64,000 nt of DNA from an uncultured delta proteobacterium (GTDB taxonomy: Bacteria > Myxococcota_A > Polyangia > Fen-1088), in the NCBI GenBank assembly GCA_963796685.1, contig CAWCMR010000003.1, positions 1 through 64,000 on the forward strand, given 5' to 3'. A program made the translations under genes and the position numbers. The notes under the pieces were generated by a model, which had not been told where the DNA came from, did no database searches, and worked only from the letters and a program-made list of their open reading frames with translations. Positions 27,845 to 35,733 of the stretch are shown here, piece by piece. Within the stretch, counting starts at the first letter, position 1, and the number at the start of each line of letters is the position of its first letter.

Positions 27845-30800
27845 ATGAGCGAACAGGGCAAACCCACGAATGGTAATTCCACCAAAGCCCCCGAGGCGGT
27901 CGGCGCGGTCATGGTGTGTGGCGCCGGCATCACCGGCATTCAGGCGTCGCTCGATTTGGCCGAATCCGGGTTCAAGGTCTATCTCGTCGAACAGTCGGCG
28001 GCCATCGGTGGCCGCATGGCCCAGCTCGACAAGACCTTTCCCACCGGCGACTGCGCCATGTGCATTCTCTCGCCCAAATTGGTCGAGTGCGCGCGCAACA
28101 AGAACATCGACATCATCACCCTGGCCGACATCGAAGGCATCAGCGGCGAGGTCGGCAACTTCGAGGTGAAGCTGCGCCAGCGCCCCCGTTACATCGACCT
28201 GAGCAAGTGCAACGCCTGTGGCGATTGCGCCATCGCGTGTCCGGTGTCGCTTCCGAACGAATTTGACCGCGCCCTCGGCACGCGCAAGGCCGTGTTCCGT
28301 CCCTACGCGCAGGCCATTCCCAACGTCTTCGGCATTTCCAAGGCCGAAGGCATGGCCCCGTGCAAAGCGGCCTGCCCGGCCGGCGTCAACGCCCAGGGCT
28401 ACGTCGCCTTGATCGCGGCCGGCAAGTTCGAGGAGGCCTACGAGCTGGTCAAAGAGCGCTGCCCGCTGCCGGCGGTGTGCGGCCGCATCTGCCAGCACCC
28501 GTGCGAAGGCCAGTGCAACCGCAAGGATCTCGACGAGCCCGTGGCCGTGCGCGACCTCAAGCGCTTCGCCGCCGATTTCGTCTACGCCAAGCGCGACAAG
28601 AAGACGCGTGCCCCTTTCCAGCCGGTCAAAATCCAGAAGGAGAAGGTCGCTGTCATTGGCGGTGGTCCGGCCGGTCTCACCGCCGCGCAGGATCTGACCA
28701 AACAGGGCTACCCGGTGACCCTGTTCGAATCGCGTCCATTCTTGGGCGGCATGCTTCGTCTGGGCGTGCCCGCGTACCGTCTGCCGCGCGACGTGCTCGA
28801 CTACGAGATCGAGCAGATCCTCAACGAGCGGGTCGAGGTGAAGCTCGGCGCGAAGCTGGGCAACGGGCCGAAAGACATCACCATCGAGGGGCTCAAGAGG
28901 GACGGCTTCTCGGCCATCTTCGTGGCCACGGGCGCGCACAAGAGCCAGAAGATGGGTCTGCCCGGCGACGACGTGACCGGCGTGATGTACGGCCTCGACT
29001 TCCTCGTGGGCGTGAACCTGGGCGAGAAGGGGTCGCGTGGGGAGCGGCGAGCTTTGCTCGACGCGGACCATCGCGGGAGGGTTGGGGAACCCTCCCAGGG
29101 GTCCCCTGTTGAGATCGGCAAGAAGACCGTCGTCGTGGGCGGCGGCAACGTGGCCATGGATGCCGCGCGCGCGGCCCTGCGCATGGGCGCCAAGGAAGTC
29201 ACGGTGGTCTACCGCCGCAGCCGCGTGGAAATGCCGGCTTTGCCCGAAGAGATCGTGCAAGCGGAAGAAGAGGGCGTGAAGCTCGAGCTGTTGACCAATC
29301 CCATCAAGGTGATTGCCAGCAATGGCCGGGCAATCGGGCTCGAGTGCTTGCGCATGAAGCTGGGCGAGCCCGATGCCTCGGGGCGCCGCCGTCCGGTTCC
29401 CGTCGAGGGCTCCAATTTCACCGTCGCCGCCGACAACGTCATCATCGCCATCGGCCAGACCGCCGATATCGAAGGCGTGCCGCTGGAAAGCGGGAAGATC
29501 GCCGCCGACGGATCCCTGGCCACCAAGGTTCCCGGCGTGTTCGCCGGCGGCGATGTGGTGCTCGGCCCTGCCTCCTTGGTCGAGGCCATGGCCCATGGCC
29601 ACCACGCGGCCGCCGCGATTCACGCCTTCCTGCGCGGCCAGCCCATGCCGGTGCTCGAAACCGCGACGAAAGCCACCGCACCCAACCCCAACCCGGCGGC
29701 CGAGTCGGTCGCCAAGCAGGCCATGAAGAAGATCGTGGTCGAGGACCGCACGCGCGACTTCCGCGAGATCGAGCTCGGCTACACTGCCGAGGAAGCCATG
29801 GCCGAGGCCAAGCGCTGCCTCGCTTGCGGTCTGTGCAGCGAGTGCGGGCTGTGCGTGAAGGCCTGCGGCCCCGGCGCCATCGTGCACGACATGCAGCCCA
29901 AGTCGGAATCCATCCGCGTGGGCTCGGTCATCCTTACCCCCGGCTACGAGGAGTTCCAGGCTAGCCTGCGCGGCGAGTTCGGGCACGGCCGCTACGCCAA
30001 TGTGCTTTCCAGCGTGCAGTTCGAGCGCATGCTGAGCGCGTCCGGTCCCACGGAAGGCCACGTGCAGCGGCCGTCCGACGGCAAGCCGGTGAAGAAGATC
30101 GCCTTCATCCAGTGCGTAGGCTCGCGCGACAGCGCCCGCGGCAACGGCTACTGCTCGTCCATCTGTTGCATGTCCGCGACCAAGGAGGCCATGGTCGCGC
30201 TCGAGCACGTGCAAGGGCTCGATATCTCCATCTTCTGCATGGACGTGCGCGCCTTCGGCAAGGAGTTCGACGGCTACGTCAACCGCGCTCGCGACGAGCA
30301 CGGCGTGAAGTACATCCGCGCCATGCCCTCGCGCGTGGTGGAAATGCCTGGCAGCAAGAACGCCCGGGTGCGCTTCTTCGACGAGAAGGGCGACGAGCAC
30401 CAGGACGAATACGACCTGGTCGTTCTGTCGGTCGGCCTGCGCCCGAGCGCTTCGGTCAAAGACACCGCAGCCAAGCTCGGCCTGGATCTGAATTCATTCG
30501 GGTTCTGCCAGACCGATCGTCTGGCGCCCATGGCGGCGTCCAAGCCCGGCATCTACGTGGCCGGCGCCTTCCAAGAGCCGAAGGACATTCCCGAATCGGT
30601 GGCGCAAGCCTCGGGCGCCGCCGCCTGCGCGATGGAGAAGCTATCTCTCGCGCGCGGCACCCTGATCAAACGCCACGAGTACCCGTGGGAGCGTGACGTC
30701 ACCGACGAGAAGGCACGCATCGGCATCTTCATCTGCCACTGCGGCCACAACATCGCCTCGGTCGTCGACGTGAAGAAGGTGGCCGAAGCCGCCGGCAAGA

Positions 30801-32389
30801 TGCCGGGCATCGCGCACGCCGAAACCAACCTGTACGCGTGCTCGGACACCAGCCAGCAGCACATCAAGGACGTGATCCGCGAAAAGCGGCTCAACCGCCT
30901 GGTGGTTGCGTCGTGCTCGCCGCGCACCCACGAGGTGCTTTTCCAAGAGACCCTGCGCGAGTCGGGCCTCAACCAATATCTCTTCGCCATGACCAACATC
31001 CGCGACCAGTGCTCGTGGGTGCACAAGAACGATCCCGAGGCCGCGACCGAGAAGGCCACGGACCTCATGCGCATGGCCGTGGCGCGCGCGCGCAACCTCA
31101 AGGCGCTGGGCACGGGCAAGCTGCCGGTGGTGCAATCGGCGCTGGTGCTGGGGGGCGGCCTGGCCGGCATGACCACCGCGCTGGCGCTCGGCGACCAAGG
31201 CTTCGCCGTGCACCTGTGCGAAAAGGAAGCGGTGCTGGGCGGGCAACTGCGCAATATTCGCTATACGCTCGAAGGCTCGGACGTCGCCGGCTTCTTGACC
31301 GAGCTCATCGCGCGGGTCGAGAAGCACCCCAAGATCACGCTGCACTTGCGGACCAAGCCGGTCCAAATCACGGGCCACGTGGGCAACTTCAAGACCCGCC
31401 TGGACGAGGCCGGCAAAGAGCAGACCATCAGCCACGGCGTCATCGTGCTGGCGGTCGGCGGTCAGGAACGCCAGACGGATTTGTATCTCAACGGCAAACA
31501 CCCCGGCGTCATGACCCAGCGCCAGCTCGAAGAGAAGTTGGCCCCAAAGACCTTGGCTGGCTCCGAGTCTCCGTCCATCGTTATGATCCAGTGCGTGGAC
31601 AGCCGCAACGACGCGCACCCGTATTGCAGCCGCGTGTGCTGCTCGGCGGCCATCAAGAACGCACTCGAGCTGAAGAAGCAAAAGCCCAAGGCCAAGGTGA
31701 TCGTCCTGTACAAGGACATCCGCACCTACGGTTTCCGCGAGTTGGCCTACCAGCAGGCGCGCGAGGCGGGTGTGCTCTTCATTCGCTACGACGACAAACA
31801 GGATCCCGTGGTCAGCGACAAGGGGGGGCTGGCGGTCGACGTCGTCGACGCCAGCAACGGTCGAGAAATCACCTTCAAGCCCGACCTGGTGGTTCTGTCG
31901 ACCGGCATCGCACCGGCCGCCGACAATCCGGTCATCTCGGGTCTTCTGCGCAGCGCCTTGACCGCCGATGGCTTCTTCCTGGAAGCCCATCCCAAGCTGC
32001 GCCCGGTGGATCTGGCGAACGAAGGCGAGTTCATCGCCGGGCTCTGCCACTCGCCGCGCTTCATCGACGAGACCATCGCACAGGCCAAGGCCGTGGCCGG
32101 GCGCGCAGCCACGGTCTTGTCGCGCGCTTTCCTCGATATCGCCGGCCAGGTGGCCAAGGTCGACCCCACCGACTGCGTGGCCTGCGCCACCTGCGTGAAG
32201 GTGTGTCCGTACGGCGCACCCATGATCAACGACTTGCACAAGGCCGAAATCCAAGTTGCCAAGTGCATGGGCTGCGGCTCGTGCACGGCGGCCTGCCCGG
32301 CCCATACCATCACCCTGCAACACCAGGAATGCACCCAAGTGACCGCCATGCTCGACGAATTGCTCGTCGGTGAAGGAGCCGCGCAATGA
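27845..32389 (+). CDS. hdrA: Large HdrA (HdrL-type): HdrA + GltD-like NAD(P)H oxidoreductase module + second HdrA module
   Basis: GGRMAQLDKTFPTGDCAMC; PCKAACP...CGRICQHPCEGQCNR; GGGPAG; GGGNVAMD...YRRS; two HdrA cores (IQCVGSRD...YCSSICC..ATK and IQCVDSRN...YCSRVCC..AIK); C-terminal ferredoxin. Confidence 0.92.
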   Translation: MSEQGKPTNGNSTKAPEAVGAVMVCGAGITGIQASLDLAESGFKVYLVEQSAAIGGRMAQLDKTFPTGDCAMCILSPKLVECARNKNIDIITLADIEGISGEVGNFEVKLRQRPRYIDLSKCNACGDCAIACPVSLPNEFDRALGTRKAVFRPYAQAIPNVFGISKAEGMAPCKAACPAGVNAQGYVALIAAGKFEEAYELVKERCPLPAVCGRICQHPCEGQCNRKDLDEPVAVRDLKRFAADFVYAKRDKKTRAPFQPVKIQKEKVAVIGGGPAGLTAAQDLTKQGYPVTLFESRPFLGGMLRLGVPAYRLPRDVLDYEIEQILNERVEVKLGAKLGNGPKDITIEGLKRDGFSAIFVATGAHKSQKMGLPGDDVTGVMYGLDFLVGVNLGEKGSRGERRALLDADHRGRVGEPSQGSPVEIGKKTVVVGGGNVAMDAARAALRMGAKEVTVVYRRSRVEMPALPEEIVQAEEEGVKLELLTNPIKVIASNGRAIGLECLRMKLGEPDASGRRRPVPVEGSNFTVAADNVIIAIGQTADIEGVPLESGKIAADGSLATKVPGVFAGGDVVLGPASLVEAMAHGHHAAAAIHAFLRGQPMPVLETATKATAPNPNPAAESVAKQAMKKIVVEDRTRDFREIELGYTAEEAMAEAKRCLACGLCSECGLCVKACGPGAIVHDMQPKSESIRVGSVILTPGYEEFQASLRGEFGHGRYANVLSSVQFERMLSASGPTEGHVQRPSDGKPVKKIAFIQCVGSRDSARGNGYCSSICCMSATKEAMVALEHVQGLDISIFCMDVRAFGKEFDGYVNRARDEHGVKYIRAMPSRVVEMPGSKNARVRFFDEKGDEHQDEYDLVVLSVGLRPSASVKDTAAKLGLDLNSFGFCQTDRLAPMAASKPGIYVAGAFQEPKDIPESVAQASGAAACAMEKLSLARGTLIKRHEYPWERDVTDEKARIGIFICHCGHNIASVVDVKKVAEAAGKMPGIAHAETNLYACSDTSQQHIKDVIREKRLNRLVVASCSPRTHEVLFQETLRESGLNQYLFAMTNIRDQCSWVHKNDPEAATEKATDLMRMAVARARNLKALGTGKLPVVQSALVLGGGLAGMTTALALGDQGFAVHLCEKEAVLGGQLRNIRYTLEGSDVAGFLTELIARVEKHPKITLHLRTKPVQITGHVGNFKTRLDEAGKEQTISHGVIVLAVGGQERQTDLYLNGKHPGVMTQRQLEEKLAPKTLAGSESPSIVMIQCVDSRNDAHPYCSRVCCSAAIKNALELKKQKPKAKVIVLYKDIRTYGFRELAYQQAREAGVLFIRYDDKQDPVVSDKGGLAVDVVDASNGREITFKPDLVVLSTGIAPAADNPVISGLLRSALTADGFFLEAHPKLRPVDLANEGEFIAGLCHSPRFIDETIAQAKAVAGRAATVLSRAFLDIAGQVAKVDPTDCVACATCVKVCPYGAPMINDLHKAEIQVAKCMGCGSCTAACPAHTITLQHQECTQVTAMLDELLVGEGAAQ
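29030..29107 (+). repeat. In-frame 78-bp palindromic insertion homologous to the 81-bp unit
   Basis: Shares TCGCGT, xGxGC-TTT-GCxCG, CGCGGGAGGG and GGGAACCCTCCxAGGGxTCCC with the 23300 unit; adds 26 aa between VNLGEK and VEIGKK. Confidence 0.8.
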
Positions 32390-32856
32390 GCGAGCTTGTC
32401 CCCCAGACGACGACCAGGCCCAAATCGGCCGGCAACGACCAATGGGAGCCGGAGATCATCGCCTTCTGCTGCAACTTCTGCGCCTACGCAGCCGCCGACC
32501 TGGCCGGCTCGCGCCGCATGCAATACCCGTCCAACGTGCGCGTGATGCACGTGCCTTGCACCGGCAAGATCGAAATGGAGCACATCCTGTCGGCCTTCGA
32601 AAAGGGCATCGACGGAGTGCTCATCGCCGGGTGCCTGGAAGGCGGTTGCCACTTTCTGGAAGGTAATCTGCGCGCCAAGAAGCGCAGCGAGTATTTGCGC
32701 GAGATGCTGGACCAGATCGGCGTGGGCCGCGAGCGCCTGCGCATGGTCAACCTGTCGGCCGCCGAGGCGCCGACCTTCGTCAAGCGCGTGAAGGAAATCG
32801 TCGAGACCGTGAAAGGCCTGGGTCCGAATCCCCTGAGAAAGAGTGGAACGCCATGA
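32386..32856 (+). CDS. mvhD: MvhD/FlpD-family [2Fe-2S] subunit (copy 2)
   Basis: IIAFCCNFCAYAAADLAG; VPCTGK; GCLEGGCHFLEGN. Confidence 0.94.
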   Translation: MSELVPQTTTRPKSAGNDQWEPEIIAFCCNFCAYAAADLAGSRRMQYPSNVRVMHVPCTGKIEMEHILSAFEKGIDGVLIAGCLEGGCHFLEGNLRAKKRSEYLREMLDQIGVGRERLRMVNLSAAEAPTFVKRVKEIVETVKGLGPNPLRKSGTP

Positions 32857-33521
32857 TCGTCGCCAGCCCCAAACCCGTCACCGAGCTGAAACAACTCATC
32901 GACCGGCACAAGAAGGTGCTGTTCGTCGGCTGCGGCACCTGCGTGACCGTGTGCCTGGCCGGCGGCGAGCGTGAAGTCGGCATCGCCGGCTACGCCACGC
33001 GCATGGCGCGCAAACTCTCCGGCCAACCCATCGAGCTGGAGCAAGTCACCATCGAGCGCCAGTGCGAAAACGAGTTCATCAAGGATCTGGCCGACCCCAT
33101 CGCGCGCGCCGAGGCCGTGGTCTCGTTCGGCTGCGGGGCCGGGGTGCAAGCCATCGCCGAGCGCTTCCCCAACAAACCCGTCTACGCCGGCCTCAACACC
33201 AACTTCCTCGGCATCCTGGAAGAGCAAGCCGTGTGGACGGAGAAGTGCATGGCCTGCGGCGACTGCATGCTGGCCGAATTCGGCGGCATCTGCCCCGTCA
33301 CCCGCTGCGCGAAGCACATGCTCAACGGCCCGTGCGGCGGCAGCACGACCGATAGGTGCGAGGTCGCGGAAGATCGTCCGTGCGCGTGGCAGCTCATCTA
33401 CAAGCGCCTGAGCGCCATCGGCCAGCTCGACCGCCTGGAAAAGATCCAGCCGCCCAAGAACTGGAGCCTGGCGTGGTTCGGCGGGGCGCGCAAGCTGGTG
33501 CGGAACGAGCACCGGGTTTAG
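32853..33521 (+). CDS. metV: MetV (methylene-THF reductase small Fe-S/Zn subunit)
   Basis: VGCGTCVTVCLAGG; ERQCENEF; GCGAGVQ; EKCMACGDC...GICPVTRCAKHMLNGPCGG...CAWQLIY. Confidence 0.9.
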   Translation: MIVASPKPVTELKQLIDRHKKVLFVGCGTCVTVCLAGGEREVGIAGYATRMARKLSGQPIELEQVTIERQCENEFIKDLADPIARAEAVVSFGCGAGVQAIAERFPNKPVYAGLNTNFLGILEEQAVWTEKCMACGDCMLAEFGGICPVTRCAKHMLNGPCGGSTTDRCEVAEDRPCAWQLIYKRLSAIGQLDRLEKIQPPKNWSLAWFGGARKLVRNEHRV

Positions 33522-33662
33522 GACAACCTCAACCATTCAGATGCGCAAGGCGAATTCGCAGAAGAACTTCGCTGCGTGGCTACTGCATTGCGAACGACGC
33601 AGTGGTATGTCGAGATACGTTTTTTCGTGGCTCTTGCAGGTTTTTCGGTAAGACTCCCCAAA

Positions 33663-34319
33663 ATGCCGCGAACCAGGACTCCGACTTGGGCGACCTCGCG
33701 TCACCCGACAAGCCCGAAGGGATGGCTCGGTATCGTGTTGGCCGCTGCGCTGCCGGTCGTGATGGCCACCCCGGCCCAGGCCGCGTGGGGCGTGCCTTGC
33801 CCGCTTCCGAAAGTCCTCTCGGCGCCTCCGGATCAGTCTTGGTTGAGGGATGTCCCGGAGAAACCTGGAGATCACCTGCGGGGCAGGGTCGCGGTCTTCG
33901 TCTTCAAGGGGGACGATGTCTTCGAGCCCGTGCGAGCCGCCGTGGTGCGGGCGCTTCGCAAGCAACACCTGAACGTGAACGCGGGGTTGCGGCCGGCCGA
34001 CACTCCCGCCCAGTACCGCGAGATGTCCTATGCGTCGCACCTGGCGGTGTTCATCGATGGCGAGGTCATCGGTCAAGGCGCCCGGCAAACCGTCATCCTA
34101 CGGCTGCGTAGCGGCGTGACCGGCCAGTACTTTACCTCGGCCAAATTCTCGGGGACTACGCCGTCGCTTGTCGGCGCCATCGGGGGCACGCTGTGGGCGC
34201 GGGTCGGCTCGGCCATCATCCGTTCCTGCTCGAGCGCCGCCAAGCCACGCCGACGTGGAGCCGAGCCGACGTACATCGACGCTAGCTCGTCGTCGGATAG
34301 CCCTCTCGTAGGTTTGTAG
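33663..34319 (+). CDS. Hypothetical exported protein
   Basis: Hydrophobic signal ending AQA; globular alpha/beta-like body; normal codon usage. Confidence 0.6.
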   Translation: MPRTRTPTWATSRHPTSPKGWLGIVLAAALPVVMATPAQAAWGVPCPLPKVLSAPPDQSWLRDVPEKPGDHLRGRVAVFVFKGDDVFEPVRAAVVRALRKQHLNVNAGLRPADTPAQYREMSYASHLAVFIDGEVIGQGARQTVILRLRSGVTGQYFTSAKFSGTTPSLVGAIGGTLWARVGSAIIRSCSSAAKPRRRGAEPTYIDASSSSDSPLVGL

Positions 34320-34323
34320 CCGC

Positions 34324-35046
34324 CTACTTCGTGCAGGTGTCCTCGGCCATGGGCTGGTAGCCCTTGCCCTGTTCAATCTCGACTTTGTGATAGATCTGCC
34401 CCGGCCCCCTCTTGGCCAAGGTCTCCCGAATCTTGACCTTCACCCCCTTGAGGAAGCCTTCTTCGGCAAAGGTGACCGAATCACCGGAGATGGCGCCCGC
34501 GCCCATCATGGCCGAGCCTACGCTGTCGTAGCTGAGGAAGGTCGCTTGTTTGGTGCCGGTGGCGTAGCTGATTTGGAACACGCCGCTGGTCGCGGAGGTG
34601 ATCGTCGTCTTGGCCAGCTTGAATTCGCCGTGCCAGGAAAACCCGCCGGGCTCTTTCCTGATGGTCATGTCGGTTCTTGCGTTCGGCGGTTGCGAGCCAG
34701 GACCCATGGATCCCGCGGCGAACTTCGTGTCGCACTTCCAGCGGCCTTCGAGCCCCTTCATGAAGGTCGCGAGCTCTTTGGATGGAAGGTGCGGCGCGGC
34801 AGGCGCAGCCAGGACGGCGGCGGGTGTGGAGGCTGCCGACCTTGCTGGCACGGACACCTGCGCCCCGGGCTTCGCGGGGGTTGGGGATTCCTCGAAGGGA
34901 TCTGCTGAAGACTCGGCCCTCGCGGCAAATGCGGGCGCGGAATGATGCGCCGCCCTCGCGGTGGGCGGCCCCGCCATCGCGATGGATCCGTTTGAAGACA
35001 CGGCCAAAACAAAGAACAGGGATGGAAGGGCGCCTCTCGTTGTCAT
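34324..35046 (-). CDS. Exported DUF1579-like beta-barrel protein
   Basis: RBS AGGAG; signal peptide; Pro/Ala linker; LEGRWKC...GGFSW...YDSVG pattern. Confidence 0.6.
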   Translation of the reverse strand: MTTRGALPSLFFVLAVSSNGSIAMAGPPTARAAHHSAPAFAARAESSADPFEESPTPAKPGAQVSVPARSAASTPAAVLAAPAAPHLPSKELATFMKGLEGRWKCDTKFAAGSMGPGSQPPNARTDMTIRKEPGGFSWHGEFKLAKTTITSATSGVFQISYATGTKQATFLSYDSVGSAMMGAGAISGDSVTFAEEGFLKGVKVKIRETLAKRGPGQIYHKVEIEQGKGYQPMAEDTCTK

Positions 35047-35239
35047 CAGAGCTCCTGTTGCTGGTCCGCTCGACCATGGTCCGGCGCGCATCCATAGTCC
35101 ATCCTGAACATCGGTCAGGCTTTCAGCTCGGCGCTCCGCGGCATCGCTGTGCTTGCCGGGGATCACAGTGGGAGGTGAGGTCTATGCGCCAAGTGGCATT
35201 GGGGCTATTCTGAGAGCGGACCACTTGAAGGGACGCTCT

Positions 35240-35731
35240 ATGACCTATGGCCGACGGCTTGCGCTCGCACTGCTCATGTTTCCGGCATGCGATGGCGGGG
35301 GAACCGACACCAGCGGGCCGCCCATGCCCCTGCTCACCGCCCAAGGCACGGCCTCGGTGGCGGGGCAACCCGTCGCGCTCGCCTATGGTGCCTCCAAGGT
35401 GTTTGCCACCTCGGGCACCGTCCTGGTGGCGATGAGCGACATCGAGATGAACTGCACGACCTTCGCGGTCACCCGTCCCCCCAACCACGGGACCTTCGTC
35501 TCGGTCGAGGTCCCCAGCGCGGACAAGGGGGTCGCCAGCGAGAGCTTCGTGAGCTTCGATGTCTTCGTCAACGGCGACTATGCCGACGTCGGCGGCGGCT
35601 CGAATACGGGAACCGTCGAGGTGCTGGACTCCAGCGACAATACCATCACGCTGCGGGTAGCCTACCGCGACACCATCCAGAACGCCGAGCTCGTGCTCAA
35701 CGGCGATTACGGCGTCACCCGCTGCCCGTAG
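35240..35731 (+). CDS. Hypothetical lipoprotein
   Basis: MTYGRRLALALLMFPAC lipobox; beta-rich body; ends TRCP. Confidence 0.65.
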   Translation: MTYGRRLALALLMFPACDGGGTDTSGPPMPLLTAQGTASVAGQPVALAYGASKVFATSGTVLVAMSDIEMNCTTFAVTRPPNHGTFVSVEVPSADKGVASESFVSFDVFVNGDYADVGGGSNTGTVEVLDSSDNTITLRVAYRDTIQNAELVLNGDYGVTRCP

Positions 35732-35733
35732 GA

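Noticed and set aside
18785-32856. Selenocysteine recoding in HdrA/MvhD
   Set aside because: All Fe-S ligand positions are Cys codons; there is no in-frame TGA
19380-33521. Ordinary Wood-Ljungdahl or methionine-pathway MTHFR locus
   Set aside because: MetF lacks the folate-site residues, and no acs, fhs, folD or methyltransferase genes are in the window
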